Assembly (NCBI RefSeq): GCF_011386835.1
Contig: NC_088812.1
Coordinates: 17,980,001 to 18,044,000 of the forward strand
Length of the DNA stretch: 64,000 bases
Reading direction: 5' to 3'
From: Chrysemys picta bellii
Lineage: Eukaryota
This document shows, piece after piece, positions 1 to 13,609 of the stretch. A program made the position numbers and the translations under genes. Each line of letters begins with the position of its first letter. Positions within the stretch are counted from its first letter, which is position 1. The notes beneath the pieces are model-generated. The model worked only from the letters and a program-made list of their open reading frames with translations, had not been told where the DNA came from and searched no databases.

Positions 1-572
1 ACTTATGAATCTTCAGCGCATTCCCTGGGCTTTTTATTGAGCTTACTTAAAGACTTTACATTGTCACATCTAAAATGTGACTAGCATGGAAAGAAAAGAA
101 AAGAAAAAAAAACCGTGGAAAAATACAGTTAAAATATCTCTAAGACCCTCCCTCAGCTCCCACTCCCTCCCAACGCCCCCACCCCATATCCGAATCCTCG
201 TGAAAAATAGAAAGCAGAATCCAAACCGGGAAGGAAAAAAAAAAACTTCACAAGCCATCCCTTGTATTTGCCCTCTGCTTTGAATGCTTACAAGGGGTGT
301 GCCTTAAAGAAAATGAATACAAAGCTGCAATTGATTTTCATAATGTTTCTGCGGTGTTTGAAAACCAATCGTTTGAACCTCTGAGATCTTACCTAAGTGA
401 ACCACTCCTACACATCTAAGTGCTCCAAACTGATATATGACAATATCTACTTTGGATCACGTGTTCCTTAGAGCGACTAAGACGGATAGCGCGTCATCTC
501 GCCTTCCCAAATTTTTCCCCCTCTGCACATCGGATCCAAAACATCTATCTATAGAGCAAGAAAAGGAGAAAG

Positions 573-1248
573 ATGTTTAACTCAGTGAATCTAGGAAACT
601 TCTGCTCTCAATCGCGTAAAGAGAGGAGTGCTGACTTTGGAGACAGAGCAGGTTGCGCTTCCAATCTCTACCTCCCTAGCTGCACCTATTACGTCCCAGA
701 ATTTTCAACTGTGTCATCTTTCTTGCCACAGGCCCCCTCTCGCCAAATCTCCTACCCTTATTCCACTAACCTCTCGCAAGTGCAGCCAGTTCGAGAGGTC
801 TCCTATGGTCTAGACCCCTCTAGTAAATGGCACCATAGAAGCAATTACGCCTCGTGTTATTCCGCGGAAGATCTGATGCATAGAGAGTGTATCCCGCCTT
901 CCACCATGACCGAAATGCTAATGAAAAACGAAAGCGTGTACAGCCACCACCATCCCAGCTCTAACCATCCTGCATCTACGGGATTCTACTCCAGCATGAA
1001 CAAAAACAGTGTCCTGCCCCAGGGCTTTGATCGGTTCTTCGAAAATGCCTACTGCGGGACAGAGAACCCGCCTGAGAACTGTCTGCAGAAAAGCGAGAGC
1101 AAACTGGAATCCGACTCCCAGCCCAGTGCACTATCATCCCGCGGAGAGCAAGGCATAGACCCGGAAGACGAAGAGGAAAACACAAATCCAGGGTCTTCAG
1201 CCTCGTCTTCTTCTGTCAACAAGGAAGGAAGCAAAAACAGCAACTCGA
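573..1248 (+). CDS. HOXC11: Homeobox protein Hox-C11, coding exon 1
   Basis: [21 protein letters not shown]...[24 protein letters not shown]...[10 protein letters not shown] is the HOXC11 N-terminus. Phase-1 donor A|GTAGGT at 1249 joins exon 2 in frame. Confidence 0.97.
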
Positions 1249-2455
1249 GTAGGTAGAGCAGTAAATGGAAAGGTTAAGGGACTAGCCCGGTGTTTTGTCG
1301 GTCAAATTTTATGTGGAGTTTTATAAGCATTCAAAGGATTTTATTATAACCTACAAAGCTCTTTCTTCCAACGAGAAGAATTTTTACGATGGGAAAGCTC
1401 TTTGAAAAAATGGAGATGTTAGGCGCAGACACAGTAGCTTAGAGTCTGTGAAATTTTGAAAGCACACCATCGTGGCAAATATTAACTTTGATCATGAACT
1501 TACATGAGCATTTTAAAAGGATTTGGTCCCGGGTTGCTGAGGGTAAAAGCCAATTGGGCAGAACACTGCTGTAGCTTCCTGTGCTTGCTTTTAGGCACTA
1601 AGATGCATGTAGAGTGATTTTTTTTAAATTAAAAGTATATGCTGGGTCTTTCTTTTCTCTCTCTCTTTTGTTAAGGGGGTGTGGAGCTAAATGCAAAATG
1701 TGCAACATTTTAATTAAATCCTTAGTCTCTATTTTATTTATTTTTTAATTGCATTGATTCTTCGCAAAGCCTAGTGGAATTTCTGTCTTTTGTCATTAAG
1801 GTCAGATAAAAAAAATCACTACATTTCTAAGAAAACTTAGAGGCGTATTTTAAATTCTGAAGCCAAGCAACTTTTAAACTTAGCGATCACGGTGAGATTT
1901 TTCTCTCTCTCCCCTTTTGCTATTTGGTTTCATGATGAAAACAATGCATCCCTTTTCTTGCTCAGAGGCTAAATTCTATTTTACTTTGATTATTTTGGTG
2001 TGTGTGGATGCTGGTACTGAAGTTAATCAAAAACTTATGCGGAACATAATGTCTAGTTCCAACAGTTCCAACATTGCTCATGCTGTTTCTATACAAATAA
2101 CAGATTTGCAGCTTGAACGTATGTTTTTCAACAGCTACAGTTTCTTTAAAGCCTGCTTAAATTAATTGCTGCCTACAACCCCCAACTCTGCTTAAAAATA
2201 TGTCTATCACAAAATCCTGTGCAGAGGTAGTGTATTTAGAACATAACTAGGACACAATCCTTAAAACCATATATAACCTCACCTCTGCATTATACTAACA
2301 ATGGGCAAATATAACAGTGGCGAAATATATTATCCCATGCATCTATAAATATGTATATATATATATATCTCTCCATATATATGGAGTCAGATCTAGAGAT
2401 GAGTCTATGTGTTGCATTTGCTTAGTATTTACATTCCCTTCTGTTTTTTTTTAAG

Positions 2456-2688
2456 GTGCTCCCCGTACAAGAAAGAAGAGATGTCCCTATTCGAAATTCC
2501 AGATCAGAGAGCTAGAGAGAGAATTTTTCTTCAATGTCTATATAAACAAAGAAAAAAGGCTTCAGTTGTCTAGGATGCTAAATCTCACTGATCGACAGGT
2601 TAAAATTTGGTTTCAGAACAGAAGAATGAAAGAAAAAAAATTAAGCAGAGACCGCCTGCAGTATTTTTCTGGAAATCCCTTATTGTGA
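2456..2688 (+). CDS. HOXC11: Hox-C11 coding exon 2 (homeodomain); spliced protein 302 aa
   Basis: Translated by hand: (S)[76 protein letters not shown]. Pyrimidine tract and AG end at 2455. Missing from the ORF track. Confidence 0.97.
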
Positions 2689-3084
2689 ACACATCTTTTT
2701 CCAATCCTCTCTGCTGGTGAAGTAGATCTGTATTAAGAAGGAACTCTGAAAGCATGGGTTGTGGTCTGAGTCTACAAGCAACCTCAAAGTTTAAGCCTTT
2801 TCGTTACTTATATTTGTATGTATGGAACAGTTCTAAGTAACGCAAGGAGTTCAGATATCTAAACGTTTAAAGGACTTGAAAACCATGGACTTTTTATTTA
2901 ACGTTTTGTCTGAACAACTGGGATTTTTTTTTTCATTTAGTCATCCTTGTCTATTTGAATAAATCGCAGTGCTGTGTTATAATTATCATGGTGATGATTT
3001 CAATATGCAGTTAACATGTGCTATCACAGACGCGGCCAAAACCTCCCTCTATGGTTAATTCAGATACCTTAATTTGGGAGGGAA

Positions 3085-3114
3085 TGTGTGCGTGTGTGTG
3101 TGTGTGTGTGTGTG
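3085..3114. repeat. (TG)n microsatellite downstream of the HOXC11 stop
   Basis: Read directly; one interruption. Confidence 0.9.
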
Positions 3115-5361
3115 CATGCACACATATACATAGGACTGTGCGTATTCACACCGATCATTTGTGTTCTCCTGCTATCCATGCCAAGAACTGTTGTCGAAAC
3201 CTAATTTAAATATTCTCTTCCGTTGCAGCAAGAATGGGTTCATTTTCAATACAATCTATATAGGATATATATATATATATATGATATATATATATTCTAT
3301 GCAGTCCCACTTTTACATTTTTGGGGGGTTGGGGGGAGGGAGGGGTGTATGGACAAGAATATATTTGCAATAACTGTCTCTAAGTGGTTTGTAAATACAT
3401 TTCGTAATGCATTTTTTTCCCGGATCTAGAAGAACAATAACAACAAACAACAACAATAATAAAAGATCTTTGTCTATGTAAAGTGAATTCCCGGGAAACT
3501 CTGTGAAATTCTGTGGTAAATAAAGATATTGCAAGCTGTTCTACATTATGATTTTATTTGACCATTTTATTAGTACTTCCCCTCTTTAAACCTCATTGCG
3601 GTCAATGCGGTATGGACTTCCCAATAGAACTTTTAATACCTAAATGGTAATGACATCAAATATGTATATTTGATACTATCACCATATATAATCATCCATG
3701 GTCATCTGGCTCAGTGCAATGTGGCATTGTCCAAATTCATATAACTCCTCTACGTTAAAGTTTACATTTGTTGTGGGGTTCATTGTATTCCTCATCGAAT
3801 TTAAATTTTTATTGGAATTTCTTGGCCCAATAATACAACTGTGTATTTGGTTCCATGTGTCTTGCTCTGTTTTTCCGGATGTAATTAATCTTTTGCACCA
3901 TTTATTTGACTTTTGTAAGTGAGTGCAACTCTAATTACACAAAGGAAGGTGCTGTATTTCCATAAAGTCAAATATAAACTACCTTATACGTACAAAGCAC
4001 AAATGCAAAGTCAAGTACTTAAATTCCTGGTTAAGGAAAACAAGTTCAACTCCCAGACTTCTGGTACAGAAGTGCATTTTTATGTTCACACAATGCCTTT
4101 CCCTCTCCTGAGCGGACTAAAGAGACACAATTTGGTTTAAAGGAAAAAGAAGTACAGAAAACGCCGTCAGTGGTTTGATGCATGTATGTTGTGTATATAG
4201 AATAATTCGGGGGGGGGGGGGGTTGTTTTGTTTTGTTGCTTTTCAACCTGAATTCTCATATCTCTTGATGTGGAGTTTTGTATGGGTAGGAGTGGGGGGA
4301 GAAGAAAAAAGAAAAAGGAAGAAAGAACAAAAGAACATCAGCAAAGAAACAACACATTATATTCCCATACATTGACAGTGTTCTTGTAAAATTCTCATAA
4401 TTGCTTTTAAATACAGCCCCATACTTTGATGGTGGCTTCTGATTTTATGTGACAGCGGTAGGGGAAATTGCAAGCCACAAAAATGTGCTTCGCTTGCACA
4501 CACACAAAAAGAATAAATGAGAAACAACTTTTGTTTTCGTGATAGACCCATCCTCGTTACGCCATGGTATAATTTGAACGGGTGATGTTCTTAGACATGT
4601 TTCTCATTAAATGAGATGGTAAAAAAAAAAAAGATGGCAAAGAGCTTTTTTGAATTTATGCTTAAAACGTGGAAATGTTTAAGGAGGTATCCCCATGGCC
4701 TAAACCCATGCCAGCCCTTTGGAAATCCAAAACCTGGCCCTTTCTTTGGTAGACAATTCCTTGATAGAATAGTGAATAAAATATGAAAGAGCTTTGAACT
4801 AGGATGGAGACCAAAGTCATGCTCCTAGCAGATGCAGCCACTCATTGATACAGTCGAAGAGCTGCCAAAGAAAAGGGAATATTATTCATGTAAACCCACC
4901 TTTCTTTAACGATTGTTTGCCAAACCTTTCCAAGGTTAGGAAAACTAAGCATAGGTGCAATAGGGTGCTTATCACGAGGTCAGAAACCGCAGTTAATGCT
5001 CCGTAACAGCAGCCACTGTCCGGACAAAAGCTAGTAGTCTAGACATTGTAATAAAGACTGCAGCACTAAACAGCTTAATTTTTCTTAATTACCCCGTCTG
5101 GCCATAGGAAAAGACTTCCGCAGTAAATAGTAAACAAATAAGGGTGTCTTGCCCAGGGATTTTTCCCCCCTCCCCTTCCATGTCTTCAGCTCAACTCCAA
5201 CACAATGAAACTGGAGGCCTAGTTCAAAGTTTTCGCGAGCTAAAATGGAATGCTAGTTGTAAAATCCAAGTTTATAGACCATGTGGGAGTTTACAACAGC
5301 ATTAAGCAGCAGTGCCATGTAGGAAAAGGCTGTTAATGTTCTTTTTGGGGGGGAGTGGTTG

Positions 5362-5363
<2 letters not shown>

Positions 5364-5415
<52 letters not shown>
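5364..5415. repeat. (TG)26 microsatellite
   Basis: Read directly. Confidence 0.95.
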
Positions 5416-5416
<1 letters not shown>

Positions 5417-8400
5417 CGGGGCTAGGTGAGGAAGTGGGGATGGATTGGCTACCACACTGGATGAATTTGGAAATAGTTGGCTTTGATTTGGTTGTCCTGT
5501 GATGTATTTTTTTTTTAAATCGTCACACTTAACCGCAAAAGGCCAACCCTGCAAGTGGAGTTCTGTATATTGAGATTATGCTCCTTGTACCGGCGGAGGG
5601 GAGAGGAAAGAGGTCCACAGGAAGAAAAATGTGAATATATGATGTCTTTGAACTTCAATAAAGTCAAGTCCATCACCTTTAACCCTTTTGTAATAAAGCG
5701 GAATCAGAAAGGCTTTCTGTGTCCCCGCCTCCTGAGAAAGAATTAGGGGGGCCACGGGGTGTGGAACGGAGGAGAACCCACATTTTTATTTAAATTCAAA
5801 TTTTGGGCCAAATGTGGCGTTTATGATGAGCTAATATTTAACTCAACCTCGCCGCGTTCATTGCATGTCGAAGAAGCTTTAACACACACACAGCACACAC
5901 GCTTTATTATTGTTATAAACCTTTTGATATCTTAACGCATGAAAAGTTTTTATAACTTTGTTTGGCATAAAAGTTTTACAAGTTTTTTTTATTATTATTT
6001 CCATCTAATGTCCATCACAATAAATGCTCCCTCATAGGCTGGGGGAGCTTGCTGTATAGTTACGTTAATGACACACAGACTAATTGTGAAGGACCTTTCC
6101 ATGTGACGTACAAACACCCGACCTGTTTCCTATTCCTCCCTGGATTCCCAACACAACATATTGGAAGCTGCTGTAGGTTACTTTGTTGTGAAATATTGCA
6201 CAGGGGGAAGAAGGCGAGGGAGCAAACTTCTAATTGGCTTTTTTTGCAGAATAATAACGTACATTTAAGTTGGCTTCCATACAGGGGAAATCACTTCCAC
6301 TTTTGCAGAAAATGCAGGTGATTTTTTGTTTTGTTTTAAAGAACTGCAAATGCCCTCCAGGAATAAAGTGTACAGGGACTGTAGTTATGTTAGACAAGGC
6401 TGTTCACACACCACGCACACATATATACATACACACGACACACACACATGCAGAAAGACACCAACCCACTCTCACATGCACACTCTCCTAACAGTTCTTG
6501 AGTTGAGGAACGTAAACTTGACTGTGTGATAAGTGCGGCCCTCTCAGGGCGAGTTCTCTTTGGTGACATGTAAATAAACTACTCTGTTGAGCAACTCAGC
6601 AAGACCGGCAAACAATAGCCATGAGGGAAAGCCATCCTGTTACCATTTGCACTTTCCTCATGGGTTTGACGTTGCCTTGGAATTTGGCAAAAATGGGATT
6701 AGAAAATCCGAAGAACAAAGACATTGGCTTTGGCAAGTGGATTGGAAGCGACCATCAGTTGAGCTAATCTTCGCCTGTGGATCATAGGGTGAATTAATTT
6801 ATTTGTGTGCGAGTAACTTTGGTAGGAGTCATAGCTAAGCCCGACAGAGAGCCAGGGCTGTGTACAATGTAAATAAATAGCTTGCTCTCCCAGTTTCCTT
6901 GTCTTGCAGACTCTCGTGAGTCGTAACATTTTGGAATGGCCATTATTTTTTCCCCTCCTGGTTTACCCCTCTTCTGGGTGGAGGGCAGATAATTTGGTGT
7001 TGAAATATCGTGCGGGCTCTACCATGGGGGGGGGGGGGGGGGATTCACTTTTGTAAAGTAATTCTGGTTTTTAATGAAAGCATTTGTAACTGACACTAGA
7101 GTTGAAAACAAAAAAAGCCAAACTACTTCTTCTGGTTAGCGTGCATGGCTGAGTGCCTCTTTGCTATCAAAGAGAAAATTAAAACCTGACTTATATTATT
7201 TTTTTCCAAAATGGCGTCTCATTAAGGCCTTGCTTATCCGTCTTTAATAAAGTTGGAAAATATACGGATGCACAGCATATGTTAGATTTAAGCACGTTCT
7301 TCTGCTTTTGATAACTTCTAAATTACAACATGAAACCACAAGAATGTGGTTTGCAACCTCATAAGGCTTTTTTAATCTTTAGTTTATGAATTAGAATATA
7401 GCATATAGCTGATGGAGCCCATAAAAGACTTTATTAGTTTTAGACAAAAGAACAGACTTTAATATAAACATTACAGTTGTTTATGCGCTACAAGTAGTTG
7501 GGCAAATTCGTTCGTTTTAATTGTCAAAAAGAGGGCTTAATACCTTTCTAGGAATTAAGTGATACATTCTTAAACACATCGGTTCCAGTGCTTTTAAAAG
7601 GTGGTTGATATAAACTGTATGTTTCTGTATAAATGGTTGTTAAAAGAGCTGAATCTCTTTGAATCAATTCAGTTTTGCAAACAATAAGTATTTAAGGAAA
7701 CAGGAGTGTTTGTTTCAAGGTTATATTTCAGGCTGCGGACTTTAAAGATAACTAAGTAATTCTCCGAATATAGATAGATAGGTAGATAAATATTCGTATA
7801 CCCTCGTGCTATTTACTGTAATTCTACTGTACCTACTATTAATTCTATATTCTCAGATCTAGGTGAATCTAGCAAAATAAAATGATCATATCCTAGAACA
7901 ATTATCTGTAGTATATTTCAACCCAATAGGGGCGGAAATTCATGTGTATTCCATTTTTTTGAAATAGCTTTTTTTCCCCTATGAAAAAGTGGAATTGTTA
8001 ATATCCCACCACTCATCTAATGACTGATAATTGGTTAAATCTATATTTGAAACAAAAATGTTTATTTAGAAGCACTTAGCAGATGGGAATTTCAGCTTTA
8101 TACACGCATTGCCGACGATAACAAAATACCAGCATTTTAATACAACTTCCTTCAGATTTCCTATGTGCAAAGACAGAATGTTTTGCTATTTTTCTAATTT
8201 AGTATGTTTTAACATTTCAGCAGGCACTTAAGTCTTTTTACTTTTTGATTTTTCCACACACTTTTTTTCACTAATTATATTATTTTCAAAGGAATACGCC
8301 CAAGAAGTAAAATGCACCAATTTTCAAAACGTTTTAAGCTCTCCTTTTAGCTTACAAATGTAGTCATATCATGAAATATGCCCCAAACGCTTATTGCTTT

Positions 8401-11400
8401 AGAAGAATATAGGAATTTAGATTCTCAGGGCAACTGCTCAGACTTCACAACCTCTGATATGAACAATCCTGTTATTTGTGTAACATTTAAGTTTGTTAAC
8501 GCATTTGGAAAATTACAGGAAACATTCCCCATTGAATAAACTTTTAAAAAATCCTGGCACACTATTATTTTCTTCTGTCACCCGCACCACTCATGCCTGT
8601 ATCTGAATTACTCTCTCAAATTTTCTCCTCGTGATCAAAGGGTAACCAGACTAAAACCACTATATTAGAGTCTGAAGACTGCTATGTTGGGCGTAGAAAA
8701 ACGTAAACACAGTTTTCAGTGCCACCTCAAGGAACATAATATCATTCCATAATGCTATGACTTAAGTTACTCAGAAAGAAGGAAGTAGAATAAGAGGGAT
8801 TGTAAAGTTTGATAGATTTCTTGTGGTGATAGTTTACAGTTTCTAAGCCAACATATAAAGGCGTGGGTTTTATTTTTGCATCACTGTTATTGTACTCCAG
8901 TGTACTTTGTCATAAATCAGAATTATTTCTGCTGCAACATGGGGGCATAATACCGGGCAGAAATACAAATTTAAGGTAATCATTAAAGTGTTGCTACCAA
9001 ATACTTCCTAGACGCGAAAATGAATGTTTGTAATAAAAATGTATGAAAAGTTGGTAAAAATACAATGGATATAAGAGGCAATTCTGTGCATAACTCTCGG
9101 TTAAATAATTAGATTGAAAAGGGGGCAGGTAAAATAGTATGTGTAAGTTTGAGATATTCTTTGTTTGAGATATTATACACGTGCATTTTAAATTCATAGG
9201 GCAAAAATGGGCTGTTTGAGTCTTTTTTCCCCTCCCTTAAAGACGTACCATGTGTGTCTAACAAAGAACACAGGTTCTGCGGAATCACATTAGCTGATTT
9301 CTTGATATTTTTAGGCAATTATCTGCCTTTGGAACTCAAAACAGGACAACCTCCTAGTAAGGACAATAGCAGAACATCAGCAGCTTGCTTCATATACATA
9401 GGCATTGAGAGAAAGGCACACATGAAAAGGGGGGATCCCCCTCCCCGCCCCCCTGTCTCTCTCACACACGCACGCACACACACTCACACAGAGAGAGATT
9501 TTTTATGTGACATAGACTTCATTAGTTTCTTAGCTCTTGTATAAATAAAATACCACAGGTTATTCCAAATGTCTATGTGAAACAGAAAGTTATCTATGAA
9601 CATGTGTACACATCTCTGTGAATCTATGGCATCTATGTACATTTGCACCAAAGTGTGCTTTGTGTGTATGAACATTCAGCATCTATCTATATTGTTTTCC
9701 TAAAAGTGTGTAAAATTCAAAGTAGGTTATTAAAGTCTTTGACACACATAGGCTCTCTCCTTTTAAGTTTTAATAGCGTTTGTTCGTATTTATTTTCTGT
9801 AATTAGAGGAAAGCATTTTTCCCAACGGGGGTTCTACTTAAGCTGATGAATTTTATTTCTTTTTCCATTAATGACCCATGTTTATCATACTTCTAATTAT
9901 TTTTAACTTTAAACAATATTCGGTCTCCTGGAGAGGTCCTCTGTGTTCCTTGCTAACCTCGATTCTCTTTTAATATAACAACAAAATCTATGCTGAATTT
10001 TTAATCATATATTATTTTTGATTGAACTTATTTTTCTGTATGCTATCTTATTTGTTTCAAAAGCTCTGGAGCAGCATCTTGGAAAGAGAGTTTAAAATCT
10101 TTCAAACATTTGCATAAATTGATAGTTTTGGCAAAAGCTAGTACACAAAATGAGTTAACAATGTCAATCTTTATTTTATATACACAACATTTAGACATTC
10201 TTAAAATATGAGGTTTCCACGGTAGATCTTCTGTTTCCAACAGCACGCACCGATACGACATTTGCTCCAGATTCTATAAAGGCTTCTGGGTCTGAGAGAG
10301 AGAGAAAATTCAAATTATTTGATGTTAAGTTTAATCTTGATTAGGGTTCATACAACGCATTAATATCTTCCTTTGACAAAAGCACAGGAATACATTGCAA
10401 AAATCAGGAAAACATATTTAATCTGCAGGCAGACAATCCAGGAAACTATAAGGTCAAATTCTGGTGTCCCAGAAATGCACATGTGAAATGTTTGACTGAC
10501 CAGCATAAATTATTGGGTAGCCAGATCAGCTGCAAAAATAAAGTAGAAGAGGGGGGAAAAGGGGGGAAAAAGCAGTATAATACAAAATTGCGTTGGTCTT
10601 TAATTTCATCACCTATAAATGAGAAAATATTGGTTCCCATACTAAAGTTTTATTCTTTGCTTATAAATATTATGTGGAATTTTCGTTGGATATCATAAAA
10701 CTGAACGATTTCTATCAAACTGTTTTTAAAAGACCTATGCAGATAACACAAATAGAGGCAATAAAGTCGCAAATAGCTTTCCAGGGGAACCAAATGGCGT
10801 CTGAAGCGTAGGAAACCTTTTACTATGTTGTATAAGATGGGAGGGGGGGATACAAAATTGTATAATGCAGTTTTAGGCTGTCTCGGCCTAAGAGATTTAA
10901 ATTTGTCACACTGGAGGATTGAAGAAGAGAAGGTTTGCAAGTCTCTTGAAAGTTAAAGCAGAGTGGAATTGTGAAATAGTTCTGTAACACCTTGGGGAAA
11001 GATGGTTGCAGAAGTCTGAATAATCTACACTTTAAAGCGCTACAAATTACGCAAAATGGTCCGGTTCAATTTTTCATATTTCTATGTTATTTTTTCCCCG
11101 GATTTGCTCCTTTTCCCCTCCCTTATGAAAGGTCGTGGGGATGGCTTTTTTCCCCTTGAAAGTGACTCTGAACCAGTGTGTCTTTCCAATCGGTTGTAAT
11201 GATCTTGAAATTCGAGGCTTTCTTTCTTTTTATTTATTTATACGCTAGTCCCATTCTCGCCTAACCTAAAATCAGCGTTATGTAAGTAGGATTGCCTCCC
11301 CCTAGTAAAATTAATATACACTAAAACAATTTATCTTAATTGCTACACGACATTAGAAACTGTCCAGTAAAGAAATGAGGCAAAAGGAAAACACATAGGT

Positions 11401-12676
11401 AAAAATTCCATCGCCACTTGGAATAGTAGTTATTGTTCTGTGGTCGTTAAATTAAATGGGGAAAAAAGTTAAACCCACATAACAGTGAAATAGTTTAACA
11501 AAATGGGGAAGGGGAAATCATCTGTCAAGAAACAAACTTTTTCTTTTAATCCCCACAGTAAAAAATCATACCAAATCGGGAAGTTTGTTTTGGGAAATCC
11601 ATGTACTAAATATTTGGTCAAATACAATTTTGATTTTTTTGTTATTTCCTGAAGAGGTAAAACAAACCCCCACCATCGCAATGTTGTCCCTTTGTATTTA
11701 AAGATCGATCATATTTATCAAATTTACCCTTTTCCTCCCCACGAAGTCATTTATTTTGCAAGATTTGTGCATATCACAGACGCTATTTTAGCAAAGAAAC
11801 TTAAGACAGTTAACATTGGAAATGGATTATTTTTAAAAAACGTTGTCTTTTCAGAGTCTATTTCGAGGGATGCAACGCTTATCCATACCACACACACACA
11901 TACACACACACAAAGAGGAAATAAAAAAGAAAACGGCTTTTTGTTGGTATTAAAAAAAAACTGCTTTCCAAATATGCACACAGGACTATTTTAGACATGC
12001 GGGGATCAAAAAGCACCGAAATTAAAGACTGAAACCATCTCGGTGAAACTTTTTATATATTTTTCCTGATTCCAAATACATTTTAAAAAACAAAGCAGAG
12101 GTCTCGAGAGGCATCGATCCTACAATTCCACCCTTTAAAGAACTGCACCCACCCCACCGTTAACAAGAAACAAAATCCACCCCAACGTTCGATGAAAACC
12201 CAAACCACAGCAACTAAAATATTTCAAGTTCTGTTACAGAAGGAAGGGGGGGGGCAGCTCCGGGAATCTTGCTAAGAAGAGAAAGGGGAAGGAGGGGGGA
12301 GAAAATTGAATTAGGGTTTTTTTGGGGGGGGCCTCTGCCTTTTACTAGAAATTGGATTTATTTCAGGCAAAAGAGGGAAAGAAAGGCAAGGCAAAGCAAA
12401 GAAGGGGGATTAAGGTTGGTTATTTCCTGACCTTTTTATTTGGATTTGACTTTGCTTGTATTTGCGCTTTCGCTTCCCTTTTTTTTTTTTTTTTTTTGGT
12501 TTCCCCCCGCTCTGCTGTAGACACGCGTTGGTTCATTGGTAAACAAACTCCCGCAAACCGGGGGGCTTTTCTCCTTTGTTCAAAGTGAAGGTCCCGGACA
12601 CCCTACCCGGCAGAGACTGATAGATGTCGCTGTTGCTCTATGCTAGTTTTCTCCGCTCGCAACAACTTGACCCTTG

Positions 12677-12753
12677 TGACGTCATCGGCGTCTGAATCAT
12701 CAAGGCCATTTTCAATCCTCATTGGCCTGGCCGTCACGTGGTGGGGGACCAAT
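12677..12753 (+). promoter_or_regulatory. HOXC10 proximal promoter
   Basis: CRE TGACGTCA 12677-12684, ATTGG 12721-12725, E-box CACGTG 12735-12740, CCAAT 12749-12753. Confidence 0.7.
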
Positions 12754-12843
12754 GCGTGGATAATTATGGGGCTGCTATTTTTCCCTAAAAAAAAGATGTC
12801 AGCCCTTGGCTGTAGTATTCCTCTTTAAAATCCCTCCCTGACA

Positions 12844-13609
12844 ATGTCATGTCCCAACAATGTGACTTCTAACTCCTTTTTGATGGACTCGCTGGCCGGT
12901 ACCTGTAGAGGCGAGAATTATTCCTCTAACCAAGGAATGTATATGCAGCCTGGGAGCGATTTCAGCTGTGGAATGATGAGAAACTGTGGAATTATCCCGT
13001 CTCTTTCCAAAAGAGACGAGGTGAATACCGCCAGCCTGTCTCTCAACACCTATCCATCTTACCTTTCTCAGCTAGACACTTGGTGTGACCCAAAAAATAC
13101 TTACAGAATCGAACAACCTGTTGCAAGACAGCTCCCATCCTGCTCTTTCCCAACCAATGTCAAAGAAGAGAATGTATGCTGCATGTATAACGCTGATAAA
13201 AGGGCGAAAAATGCCACAGAGACAGCCCTCTACCCCAATCAAATGCCTGATTCTTGCCTAAATGATCATGAAGTCCCTGTTCCTAGCTACTATCGAGCCG
13301 GCCAAGGTTATTCCTCTATGGAGAAGACGCCAAACTGCAACAATCCAAATGAGTTTGAGACAAGTTTTGACTCCAGGGCGAGTCTGAACCCAAGGAGTGA
13401 GCGTCTGGAACAACAACAAGCCCCACCAGCAGTGGCTAAAGTGAGTTTCCCCGAAAACACAAAAACAGATAATACCCAGAACACACCCACCAACGAAATT
13501 AAAACAGAAACAAGCGCCCCCGCTCCAAAAATAAGCCCTTCGGAAGCAGAGAAAGACCTGAATAAAAGCACTGACACCAGCACAGACAATTCTGACAATG
13601 AAGCAAAAG
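12844..13609 (+). CDS. HOXC10: Homeobox protein Hox-C10, coding exon 1
   Basis: MSCPNNVTSNSFLMDSL...GMYMQPGSDF...VKEENVCCMY...EVPVPSYYR...SDNEAK. Donor G|GTAAGG at 13610, phase 1. Confidence 0.97.

Noticed and set aside
1-13000. HOTAIR and HOXC-AS lncRNA exons
   Set aside because: HOTAIR would lie upstream of the window, and antisense lncRNA exons cannot be recognised from sequence alone.
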